Below, in pieces: positions 51,870-64,000 of a stretch of 64,000 nucleotides of DNA (position 1 is the first letter of the stretch; each line of letters starts with the position of its first letter). The notes below the pieces were generated by a model, which saw nothing but the letters and a program-made list of their open reading frames with translations, ran no database searches and was not told where the DNA came from. A program made the position numbers and the translations under genes. The DNA comes from Sphyrna mokarran (lineage: Eukaryota). The DNA lies in contig JAGIQG010000020.1 of assembly GCA_024679065.1 (NCBI GenBank), positions 33,852,001 to 33,916,000 of the forward strand, read 5' to 3'.

Positions 51870-52310
51870 TTATACAAGACCTTATCATGTCACTCAAAAT
51901 AGTTCATGTTAGTTATTTTGAAGTGCAGTCACTGTTGTTATCCAAGGAAATAAATAAGCCATTTTGCATACAGCTAAATCATTCAAATAGCAATCTGATG
52001 GATGGCCAGCTAACCTACTTGGCTAATGTGACGTATGGGAGGAATGTAGGTCAGGGAAGTGTGAATTCCCACTCTTTTTTGAATATTGTTTAGGATATTT
52101 AACACCTAGATGAACAGGAAGACATGCCAGCTAAAGGTAGCCATTTTGAACAATGCAACAAATCGTTATTCCTATTTTTGAATAAATCAAACAGCAAATC
52201 CTGATTTATTTTGATAGCAAATATTTACTGTTGCACTGAACTACCAATACTGATTATGTGCTCTCAACTTCTTTAAGTGTAACTTCCTTACTCAGAAACC
52301 AAACTGGTTG
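51870..52310 (-). mobile_element. Degenerate DeuSINE
   Basis: ttttgaagtgcagtcactgttgt and ctgattatgtgctc motifs shared with the other copies. Confidence 0.5.
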
Positions 52311-53396
52311 ATGATATTAGCTCAGACCAAATTGCTGACTGGAGGTGGGGGGTACTGAAACTGCTGCTTGTAAAATAAGCCAAGGCCAGGATTGCTGCTT
52401 AAGGTGGGTGGCGATGGGAGTTGAATTAACTTTGGGAGAAATGGTTTGTTGTTTGCTAAGACATAGCCACAAACATTACATTTAGTCTTTTGTGATTGGT
52501 GTATATTTCCTCGTCTTTTCTCATTGATGTATATTTCCATCTCTTCAGCTCTCACTCACTTCACTCGCAGGTGTCAATAATTATACAGTTTACGTTTTCT
52601 AACCATCAATAAAACACAAGCAGCAATTAGGTGATAACAAGGGGTTGTTTGCTCACAAAAAAATTAAATTAGAATGAGGAAAGATACTCCTTTATTGAGT
52701 TTACCAGAAAGATATTATACATTGCCTGCAAACAGTACATCAAAAAAAAAACTTGGCAGAGGGAATCACATATCCCTCACATAAGCTCTTCATTTTTTTC
52801 CATTAATTTTGCAACAAAATCCTGAAACTGCCCTAACCAGTGGGAAGACAAGAAAAATAAATCATACTAATGACTCCTCAGCTTGGCTTCATATCCACAC
52901 ACTTGCTTATCTGTAATATAGCTTTTTACACCTCTAGTGTTAATGTAAGCCAACTTATGACACAAAAAATAAATAAACTTGCACCTATGCTAATTCTCTT
53001 CTCTCTATGAAGCTATGAATATTTCTTGATGATTGAGGTATGCATCACTTTAGTTTTGCCAATGTTCATTTTTATTCCAAAGTTCAGGTCCGCTGTTGCT
53101 AGTCTATCTACTAGCCCCTGTAATCCTCCTGTTTTGCTTGCCACGCCTGCAAATCTAGCTGATAATGATTCATTTTCTCTCTCCTCCCATCCCCCCGACA
53201 CACACACACACAAGCAGATTGTGTCTTCAAATGCTTTTTTGATCATTGCTTCTGCATAGACATTGAAGAAATTCAGTGATAAAACAACATCTTTGTCTTT
53301 CCTCTTCCAATTACACATGGCTCAATACCCCACTGGCAATTCTCACTATTGCTGTTTGTCCAACAAATATTTTTTACGAGTTGTTTATCTCTGAAG

Positions 53397-53651
53397 TCAA
53401 AATTTATTTATTAGTCATAAGTAAGGCTTACATTAACAGTGCAATGAAGTTACTGTGAAATTCCCCTAGTCGCCACACTCCAGTCAATGGACCTAACTAG
53501 CACATCTTTCAGATTGTGGGAAGTGAGCACCTGGAGGAAACCCACGCAGACACAGGGAGAACACGCAAACTCCACAGACAGTGACCCAAGCCAGGAATCG
53601 AATCCAGGTCCCTGGTGCTGTGAAGCAGCAGCACTAACATTTTGCCGCCCC
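53397..53651 (-). mobile_element. V-SINE
   Basis: tRNA-like head with GATTCGATTCC, V-domain and aataaa tail. Confidence 0.85.
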
Positions 53652-54104
53652 TATAGACTACTTTAATGTATTTCATCAATGTCAACCCAATTGTATGCTT
53701 CTTCAAAACTGACAAAACGAATATATAATTCCTGTCCAAATTTTAAACTGCATTAGTCTTATGATCTTAATCTTCTAGCGCCGATTGTTCCTCTTGTCCC
53801 TCTTTCTCCCTGGAATTCAAATGGTCATCTCTAATGTAGTTCTTGTGTCGTCCTACCCACAACTTGTAACAAAACCATCGATGCATAAACAACTTTAGTT
53901 ATCTGAAAGTCAGAACATCAGTCCTTCTGATGGTGATCAGCATTATCTGCATAAACAACTTCTGATAAGTAAATTTCTTAACATTAATGTTTACTAAAGT
54001 TCTTTTCTACGTTCCAACTTTGTAGGCATGTCATTTATTCTATCCACTTTTCAAGTTTTTATCTCATTTATTGCTACTCTTATCTCACTTATCTAGTTTT
54101 TTTT

Positions 54105-54382
54105 AAGTTTATTTATTTATGTTACAAGTAGGCTTATATTAACACTGCAATGAAGTTACTGTGAAAATCTCCTCGTAGTCACACTCCAGCGCTTGAGGGA
54201 GAATTTAACATGGCCAATGCACCCAGCCTACACATCTTTCAGACTATGGAAGGAAATCAGAGAATACAGAGGAAACCCATACAAGACATGAGTGCAAACT
54301 CCGCAAGATACTGACCCAAGCTGGGAGTCGAATGCAAGTCACTGGCGCTGTGAGGCAGCAGTGCTAATCACTCTGCCACTGT
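54105..54382 (-). mobile_element. V-SINE
   Basis: Same layout as 53397-53651. Confidence 0.8.
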
Positions 54383-55199
54383 ATTTCCAGCCCAATTAAA
54401 TCAATGCCAACATTGTTTGCTTCTTTCATCTAGCTCAATAATTTCAGGTTTTTCATTTTTTTTTTGCATAGTTCTTAAATACACTCCTTCCTTTTTTTCT
54501 TATTTCATCAGAGTTTGTTAATAAAACACCTTTCTTAATCTCTATTGCTGTTGTTTTCAGACCTTTATACTGAGCACCACTAAATTTCCTTTGCTATTGC
54601 ACACATAAGGTCTATCCTTCTAAGTCGATTAAATTTTTAGTGTACATTACACTGCTCAGATTCTAACCATTGTTCTCATCCTTTTTCAATTTCTTTTAAC
54701 TCATTCTTCCATGACTATATTGCTTTCATCAGCGTTGGTATTCTTCCATTTTCCTATTTCTTCCATCTTTTGCAACAGTGCAAAAGTTTCCATATATATT
54801 GTTTCCTCTTCTGATGTCTAAACCTTGTGTTTATAATCATGATTCCCATTCTAAAAGAATCTACCAGTTTCTGGCTAGGCACATTTCTTTTTCTAAATCC
54901 ATATGTCCTACTTCTTTATTATCTTTTCCTTCTCCAATACTGTTCCAGTCTTCCATAACTATTCAGTAACTCTTTCCGCTGTTGTGTTCCTCTTTCAACT
55001 CTCCTGCTGGATCCTCTTCATGTTTACATCGTCAAAAAAGTTCTAATAAATTTGCCAAATTGGATTTCCCTTTCATGTATCACATAGGCAAAGTATGATC
55101 ATACCATTGTTTTCTAAGTGCATTGTTAAGACTTCATTAATAAAAAATCCGAAATTTTCCTGATGACTAATTTTCCCGATAAGCTAACAGTTTTGAGGG

Positions 55200-57510
55200 T
55201 AGAGCTGGTAAACAGTCATCTATTGAAACTGGGAATGCTAATGGAAAGCAGACACATGATCATCTCCAAATTGGTCTTCAACTGCTGAATTTAAAAGACA
55301 CCTATATAGAGGAACCATTATGAATAAGGCACACCATGAAGATCCCACTGACTTACTCACAGGCAACAGTCAGCCCAACTCTCATGTATCTTTGTACAGA
55401 GGCAAGGACCAAGCCTTATGGGAAGAGACTAGCTCCAGTGGAACAGGCTGTAAATTGCATATGAGCCATGCTTGTCTCCAACCTGTATTAGACAAGTCTT
55501 CTCAACAGTTAGTTACAATCAACGTGTAGAAGAACCGATACAAGTACACTCGTTTGTCCTTTGGAGTGTCGTCAGCATGTGCCATATTCCAATAGGTCAT
55601 GGAGAACATACTACAAGGGTTACCTAAAGTAATAGTGTACTTGGATGATGTTCTGGTTACGGGACTTCAGAGAGAGCACCTTGTAAAGAGATCTTGCAGA
55701 AATTCTCGAGAGCCGGCACATGCCTGAAGAGGGAAAATGTGTTTTCAAGCAAATGAGGTAAACTACCTAGGCTATTGGGTAGATGGCAAGAGTTTACATC
55801 CAGTAGAGGACAAAGGCCATAAGGACGCACCAGCTGCAAGGAACACCACATAATTAAAATCTTTCCTGGGACTAGTAAATTATTACAGATAGTATATCCC
55901 GAATTGTGCATCCTTACTGACCGCCCTTGTATATGCTACTATGGAAGTACGAAAGATGGTCTTAGGAGGATGGAGGCATTTCATAAAGTTAAACAGCTAT
56001 TGTCATCCAACTTGTTGGCCCATTTTGACCCCAAGAAAGAACTCATCCTGACATGTGATGCCTCTCCTTATGGGGCTGGGGCAATATTCTCACTCTGCTG
56101 GAAGAATGGTGTGAAAGGTCCATCACATATATATTCAGGAGCCTTATCTGAAACCTTGTCTGACAGAAAAACATAAAGCTTAATATTGAGGATGGTATCA
56201 TCCTCTGGGGGTCCAAAGTTGTCCATCACTTATGGCAGCATCTAATACATATTGGAAGTACATAGTGGCCATCCTGAAGTATCAAAAATCAAAATGCTGG
56301 CCAGGAACTATGTCTGGTGACCCAAACTTGACTCAGACATTACAGATTTAGTGAGATGATGTGATTTGTCATCAGGAAAAATCAAACTCCCTCCTACAGC
56401 TTCCATACTTTGCTGGATCTTTTCTGGGTTCCATGTTCCTGAACCTAATGGGTACATACTTCAAATAGTTGAGATACGGTGCGTGAACTCCATTATCTTC
56501 CAAGCTACAATGAAGACATTATGACAGAATTTCTGTATGTGTAGAATACCAAATATTCTGGATTCCAATAATGGCATCTTCACGAGTAATGAGTTCCAAA
56601 ACATTGTGCTTTTCAACAGCATCAGACACCAGAATAGCACCCCATCATGCATCATCAAATGGGCTGGAGGATTGGGCGGTGCAGCCACCTGAAAAATCTA
56701 GGCATAAGGCCTGTGCAAGTTGCAGAATGGGCCATGCCTGTCATCCATGTCCTTAAACTGGCAGAGACAGTCAATTGGGTTTTTAAATTTGATAGATACC
56801 CTTGCCCCAAATCGAAGACCTGTACGCTAATGCAGCATTGGTGCCAACATAGATCTTAGCTTCAGCCCTTCTTATTTTTCTATTGCTAAACTTAGCAGGG
56901 AAGACAGAGTCCCAACAAGTAAACCAGAAAAAAAAAAATGATGATTCTGCAAAGACAGAAAGAGAATTTGGAATGGGCAACTTGGTTCATGTAAGAAACT
57001 TTGGAGATGGTCCCAGTTGGGTCTTTGGAATTATAATGGAGAAAAAAGGAAAAGTCTGGAGCAAAATCTTAAGGAAACATTTGGATTACTTTTCAGGTAG
57101 CGAGTCCATTCCAGAGAAAACCTTAAGCATTGACCACGGAGATGGCTGCAATAACTTGAAGCTGATCCCACACCTGCCCCTCTGATGACAAGAATGCAGA
57201 CTCTGTGATGGAAGCTGATAAAGCGGGTGATTCTACTGAAGCAGCACCAGAGGTGGAATTCACATCAGTAGCTTTGCGATGTTCCCTCTGGAAACAAAAG
57301 ATCCCTAATTCCATTCACACCAGCAGATCTGGTGCTATCTTTAACTGGCATCAGACTGATTGCCAAGTATCGAATGGGAGGAGATGTAGCTATTGGGAGA
57401 AAAATGAACATGGTGGGGGGAAGCACACATTATGGTGTCCATGAAGGACATGGGGAGTCATCAATAAATCTCCGCATGAGCTTTGTGGAATATGAACTCC
57501 CCTGTTGAGC
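55200..57510 (+). mobile_element. Gypsy LTR retrotransposon pol fossil with PPT and start of the 3' LTR
   Basis: RT YLDD at 55638-55649; RNase H LTCDASPYG; integrase remnants HSGHPE, SSNGL and VHVRNFGDGPSW; purine tract 57376-57384 followed by TGT. Confidence 0.85.
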
Positions 57511-57619
57511 ATCATGGCCTCACCTAATGGAAAACAGGCAGAGGGGTTTAAAACCTACTGTCTCAATCCGGATCCCGAATTGCCGAAGACAGTGCAGTCA
57601 GTCCCCGGGTTTGGGCTTC

Positions 57620-58780
57620 AGAATCACAGAAACCTACAGTGCAGAAGAGACCCTTTGGTCCATCAAGTCTGCACTGACACATGAAAGGCTCTGACCTGGC
57701 CATCTAATCGCACTTGCCAGTGCTTGGTCCATAGCCTTGAATGTTATGGCATGCCAAATACTCATCCAGATACTTTTTAAAGGATGTAAGGCATTCCACC
57801 TCCACCACCTCCCAGGTAGTGCATTCCAGACTGTCACCACTCTGAGTAAAAAAGGTTTTTCCTCAAATGCCCCCTAAACCTCCCACTCCTCACTTATAAC
57901 TTTTGTCCCCTTGTAACTGATCCTTCAACTAAAGGAAGCAGCTGCTTTCTTTCCATCCTATCATAGGATGAGCATCCTATTCCATGCTCCTCATAATCTT
58001 AAGCAACTTAATTGGATCACCCCTCAGTCTTCTTTGCTCCAGAGAAAACAACCCAAGTCTATCCAACTTCTCTTTATAAATTAAATGTTCATCCCAGGCA
58101 ACATCCTGGTGAATCTCGTCTGCACTCCCTCAAGTGTGTTCACATCCTTCCTATAACGTGGCAACTGAACTGCACACAGTTATCCAGCTGTGGTCTCACC
58201 AAAGCTCTATACAATTCCATTATGGCCTCTCTGCTTTTGTAATCTATATCACAATTGATAAAGGTGAGTATGCTATATGCCTTTTAGACTACCCTATTAA
58301 TCTGCTTTTCGACCTTCAGAGATCCAGAAACACACATGCCAAGGTTCCTTGTTCTTCAGAACTTCCCAGTATCAGACCTTTCATAGTATACTTCCTTGTC
58401 AAATTACCCCTTCCAAAGTGCATCACCTCACACTTTTCAGGATTAAACTCCGCCTCCAGTCATCCACCCATTTGACCATTTCGTCTATATCTTCCTGCAA
58501 CCCAAGACACCCAACCTCACTTTTAAACACCTGGTCAATCTTTGTGTCATCGGCAAACTTATTGATCCTACCCGCCACATAGTCATTTATGTCATTTATT
58601 TAAAAGATGAACAGTAGGGGGCCCAACACAGATCCCTGTGGTATGCCACTGGTCACTAGTCTCCAGTCACAAACAGCTGTCTGTCACCATCCTCTGTCTT
58701 CTTTTGCTAAGCCAATTATGAATCCACCTTATCAGATGACCTATATCCTGTGTGCATTAGCCTTCCAAATAACTCTCCCA
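57620..58780 (-). mobile_element. CR1 RT/3' fragment
   Basis: Minus-strand remnants SGIPQGSVLGPLLF, KFADDTK and VTVWNALP. Confidence 0.85.
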
Positions 58781-58794
58781 TGTGAAGAGTTATT

Positions 58795-58860
58795 TGGAAG
58801 AGCTACGTCCATGCTTACCGCACACTTGTATGCAGTAAGCATGGATGCAGCTCTTTTCCA
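58795..58860. repeat. 66-nt hairpin inside an LTR-like fragment
   Basis: aagagctacgtccatgcttaccgcacac pairs with tgtatgcagtaagcatggatgcagctctt. Confidence 0.8.
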
Positions 58861-61800
58861 TTTTGTGAATAAAGGGTTATGGTGATGAAAGACTGAGCTT
58901 GGGAAAATATTAATTAGTTTAAATTCCTCAGTCTTATTACCTTGGCCATCCTCTAATTCTGGTATGTAATTTGTGTTTCTTACTGAGAAAGCAGAAAAGT
59001 CTTTGTTTAATTTTTTATCATTTTCTCATTCTCTGTGATAATGTCCACTGTATCCAACATTTACTTTGTATGTTCTTTTTTATATATTTTTTTCACCTAT
59101 TTATCAACTTCTTGGTCACGCTTTGTTGGTTTCTAAAGCAGTCCAAATTCCCATTGTTTACAACAGTCTAATAATTTTTTTCTATTAATCTTACACAATC
59201 CTTAATTTCCTGAGTATCCAGATGGATATTTCTTGGTCAGTTTTAGTTCAGGAATAATGTTTTTGTTGAATATTTGGAATTGTATCTTAAAATATTCCTC
59301 ACTTTTTATCTCCCATAACATATTTTAATTTATTTAGCCACCAAACCTTGGCCAGATCTCCCCTCATAGCTATGTAATTGGTTTAAGATTCTTCTTTAGT
59401 ATTGCAAGTGAATGAGGAACTCAATTTTATTGTGATCAATTTTTTTCTCAGAGTAACTTTCACTATAGCCAGATTTTATGACTCCAACCCCCAATCCTGG
59501 ATGGGTTGGCAGATTGGGAAGGTGTAAAATCAAGTGGAATGACAGAGGGCATTGAGGCACTTTGTGACTCAGGGACCCCAGGCACCTCCAATCCACAGCC
59601 ACTCCTTGGTGAGGTCTCAGCGAAACGCCATTACTTCTCCAGCCTCCATTGCTGTATTGGTCAGGAACTGGTTGCACCCTTAGTAAATGATCCGGTGACA
59701 CTGCTGGGTCTGAAGAGCAGCCAGCCTTTTGAAGGGGGGCAACAGCCGCAACTTCAGCTAACTGCCAAACCACACAAAGTTGTGTTTTGGCTTCCAGGGC
59801 TGGTGGAGGCAGGCTTGCTGCTAACATTCCAGCTATGGGTAAGACTACCAGCTCTTCATTAAATCTGTTGACTATGAATTCCATTATTCCAGCAGAATTC
59901 TTTGTGAAACTCAGTTTCCACAGTAGCTGCAATTTAAACTATAGTGACAAGGTCTGTATGTTGTAAATTTGATGCAAATAACTTCAAGCCCTAACCTACT
60001 CTCCTGATTTGAAGTCTTTGGTCCCCTTTGTATGTCAGTCAGTGATAAGTCTCATTAGATTGTAATCACACACTAGTTCATTATTTACATAGATAACAAT
60101 ACTTACATTCTGCACACACCCATTTATAGTTTTGAATTATTATTTATAGTTTACACAACATAAATACCACAGGATATTTTAAATATTATAACTTAACACT
60201 GGTCTCAACTGGTAATGTTCTACAATTGATGGGTTTTTGAAACCCAAGATTACTCTCATCTATTGTTATTTCATGGGCTGCCTCATCTTCTCTCTTGTTC
60301 AGTTTAACTTTCCTGCACCTAAATTTCTTATTTTTTTCATGGTGTTCTGCCATGCAGGCCCAGGAAAGGAAACACAGGCTTCCCAAATGTAACACTGCTT
60401 TAATTACTAAACCTTGCTTCTCTCTATGCTGATGCCTATTACAGACCAGAACTCCTGTGTGGTGAGTACAGTGCACTTAAATTAGTGTCTGAGCAAACTG
60501 CTGTTTTTGACTCTTGATGAAGGGGTCAGGACTGTAGGTCATGAAGACACAGTAACAAGAAATAATGTCACAAAAAACTGTCAAATAGTTCAGTTCTTTT
60601 TTATTCTTCCTCCAACAGTCTGCAGTGTTGTTTCAATTACATCAAAGCCCTTGGTTTATCAGACTGCCAGGAATGTAGTAGGGTCAGTCACGATTTGCTT
60701 CTTCACGTCTCCTCTGCTACTGCTTTTGCACATTCTTAATATAGCCCAGTGCGGTTCACTTTATTAAGCCAACAAACAGAAGATTCATGTGTTAGCCTTC
60801 AGGAGGTGTGGTAATGAAATTGCTCCAAACCTCAGCCAGTTTTTTTTTTAAAAAAGATACTTCTTAAGCCCAATCACCTCCATTTCTGTGTGGCTGAAAA
60901 CAACCCCAATTTTGCAATTCTAGTGCAGGAATGAGGCTGCAAACCAAATCTTATTCGAGGAGTCTGTTCGAAGACCTGATTGGATCATATACTCATCAGG
61001 ACAATGCTAAATAACTGCTATTACAGAGGTGGTAGCAGAAAATAACCAACTTTGCACAATGATATAATGGACAATACTGCCCTTTATGATGCTGCATAAG
61101 ATGCACCAAAGGAGGCTGTTCTATTTAGGTCCGAAGATTATTCTTCAGTAAAAATAAGAGTAGCTACCATATGGAAGGAAGTTGCTAACACAGTCGTGTA
61201 ATTATCCCGATGGCTCAAACCTATCCAGTTAGGGAGTTCCCAACTTAGATATGGTTGCTGTTGCTCACACAAATTATGTGCGAAGTTCAAATATCCATTT
61301 ACTTTCAATCTGTTTGTATCAGAAAAGTCAAGTTATTGGAAAGGCCTGCAACCACTGGAAGTTGCCATTTAAAACACAGTGCAGAACCATTGCTTGTTTC
61401 CGCACACGTGTTTAAGCTGCACCACATGCCATTCTTAAAAAAAAGTGTGAAGTAGTCAAGAAACAGGATGTCAGGGAATAAAAATAGAAAATGCTGGAAA
61501 TATTCAGTGGACCTGGCAGCAACTGGGAGAGACAAAATGTTTCAGGTCAATGACATTTTGTCACAAGTTAGAATTTGCAGGAACCCTGGAATATCATGCA
61601 ACCTATACATGTTGTGTAGAAGATGCTTTCTTTCCACAGGAGAAATGAAAGTATTTCTTCTCGCACACACAGCAGTTACTGCTTGCTTGATGCATGTGTG
61701 TAGCGTAAACTATGCGATAAGGCTAGATGGACTTTACTGGCTTGGAGAAATACAGCAGCACAAAGGTTTCATGTTATGATCAGCTTTATTTCTATGGGAA

Positions 61801-64000
61801 CTGTCATTCCTTATCCACCTGTCTGCAGATGATCGCCCTGAAGGTGTTACAACCTTGTGGCAGCCTGTCTTGAAGCAAAGTGGCAAGGACAGTTCTAGCA
61901 TGATATACAGCTTTATGCAAAGCAGTCTGTAAAGACATGCTTCAAGGAAGTGACAGAGAGAGGGTTATAGTATTTATTGTTGTTGGCTTTGTCCAGGCCT
62001 TGCAAATACTTACAAGTTCTGCACTTGCCAGTAACACAATCGCCATTCCTGACTTCAAGCTATCCATTCGCAAATGGAGTGCCCCACATATTTTTGGCAC
62101 AGAATTATGCCCTTAATTTTCTGACTCATGCCCACTTTCTAAACTCTGTAGGTGATTAAAACATATTTTCACCTCAGAGGAACAGAAAGTACAAAGCAGC
62201 AGCTGTGTCTGTTTGGCAATTCAGTCATGCATTTAACAATTGTGGAGCTGTAACTACATCATCTGAATTGCCTGCAGACAAGATAAGTCTGAGCAACTGA
62301 TGCACACACATTTTCTTAGCACGAGATCTAGGGACTATCACTGATACAAACTGCTCTCTGTAACTCTAGAAATTCAGGACAGACCAAACTAGACAGGACA
62401 AATAATGCTTCAGGTGAGAGTAGGGTGGTTGTCAAAATTCTAAACGTTGCTTTTACTGTTACTTAGAGGTGCCAACTTTACCACAGAATTGTGCATCTAT
62501 GGTTTCCCAGAAAATGAACTCTAAAATCTCTATGACATTGAAGTACCCATCCCAAGTCTTTGTACAACTCCGAACAGACCAGTGTTAGAGTATCACTTTT
62601 GTTGTCAACTCTCCTGCTCTCAGCCTTCTCCAACTGCAAACTGTAATCAGCCATTCCCAGCTCTTCAGGAGATGAGGAGGAGGATTAGGGGGAAGGATTC
62701 AATTTTTTTTAGCATGTTTTATCAGTTGGGAAATGACTGGCTTCCATTCAGAACATGTATACTACAGTCCACAATTTCAAGAGGAAAGATATTGTGCAAG
62801 GTAGCAACACATTCTTCATCAAAATATCACCTTTTGTTCTGAAGCAGATAATAGATACAATAGTAAATTCTGCAAGATTCCACAATACAAGAGCCTCATA
62901 CACAACCAATGCACACTGGACACTCTGTCACAGGTGGTATGCCTTTCATTTTCTGCCGTGAGCTGGCAGAAACAAGGCCCGTTTGAGCACCAAGTCTCAG
63001 AGTTTTGGTAGCAATGAGAACATTTCATGAGTTTGAATACAGCAGAGAAATTGTGGCATTTTGAAGACCCAACTCCTCCTCTGGTCTTACAAGGGTGAAG
63101 TACGTCTGAGAAATTACAATAGAATCAACACAAGCCTTTTTCCTTTTTTCCCTATTCTGATGGGTCGCCATTCAGGAATGTGAGGAAACCATTGAGTGTA
63201 ACCATGGTCACTCTCTTACATTAAAGAAGGCAAAATGAGTTGGTGCTACTGTTCTGACTTTCAGGTTCATTTCAAAATGATTAACTTACTAAAAGTAATG
63301 TAGCAAAGGAGAGGAAAAGCTCTTAAAAGGCCTTTGATAAAAGATGCTTAAACACACTAATATTTGCATTGTGAGTACAGAAACAAAATAAAGCCATTAC
63401 TTTCAATGTATCTTACTCTTTTTAATTGAGCTAAAGTTAATTGAATACCTCCCTAACTTTTCCCGACATTTCATCTCTTCCCTCTCCAGAAACGCATCTG
63501 ATAACCCAGTGTTCTGAAGAAGAGGAGCACGTATCGAGTGCAGCTACAGAATCATGGGTTCGCAGTCCACATTCCAATCATTCATTTTAATTAACAAAAA
63601 ATAATCATGGGCTGCGTCACCCAATGGTTTCCTGACCTGGGCTCTTAGGAAACGTTTAATACCATTCAGTCTTCGATTCGTCCCTTTTGTTCTCTCTTAT
63701 TACCCAAATAATATTTCGCAACTTTATTACTTTCTGGGTGGGAAAAAAAACATGGAATCATCCAAAGTCATTTAACACCTTGAGGGAAATTAATTCCCAA
63801 AAAAAGAAAACTTTGAAGAATATGGTCCCATCAATGTCTCACCACCCTTTATAAATGTCATCTAGAGAAACTCCCATGTATCACTTTGTACATAAGCAAA
63901 ATAATTATATTTAATTGATTGCATTTCACTGACATCCTTCACTTCTTCTTAAATAGGCTTTTGGAGGTCAAGAATGACTAGGTTCCACTTCATTCTATGA

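Larger units (their letters stand above)
52990..55040 (-). mobile_element. Old RTE-clade LINE fossil interrupted by SINEs
   Basis: Remnant LSLNFFNVYAEAMIKKAF...FGIKMNIGKTKVM; A-rich minus strand. Confidence 0.6.

Noticed and set aside
59396-59932. 178-aa ORF
   Set aside because: No recognisable domain; overlaps a GC-rich MITE-like repeat with open frames on both strands.
60186-60476. ORF containing IDESNLGFQ, resembling the start of a G-patch domain or an alternative first exon
   Set aside because: Lacks the downstream L..MGW..G.GLG motif and has no good phase-1 donor to join exon 3.
61480-61570. Further hammerhead-like remnant on the minus strand (GTGACAA-A-ATGTC att GACCT-GAAA)
   Set aside because: Core and stem I are too decayed to call; probably an old Penelope-related repeat.

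Overview
Eukaryotic, repeat-rich vertebrate DNA. The repeat content (CR1 LINEs, HE1-type V-SINEs, DeuSINEs, Penelope termini) points to a shark or other elasmobranch. The window lies within a minus-strand GRK3 (ADRBK2) gene. Seven coding exons, equivalent to human exons 3-9, have canonical GT-AG sites and join in one open frame. I found neither exon 2 nor exon 10, so about 31 kb (33236-64000) appears to be intron 2. The introns hold fossil CR1, Rex/Babar, RTE, Gypsy and Tigger elements. Three observations stand out. (1) Two copies of a ~295-bp poly(A)-tailed element headed by the first 37 nt of U2 snRNA, with a second internal U2-like module: a candidate snRNA-headed SINE family. (2) Short Penelope-derived, TSD-flanked elements carrying minimal hammerhead ribozymes, including a near-perfect palindrome with intact cores on both strands. 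(3) A CR1 LINE whose 3' UTR has captured a whole degenerate V-SINE; this composite 3' end occurs three times. Everything was read by eye. Family names come from recalled consensus motifs, and repeat boundaries are approximate.
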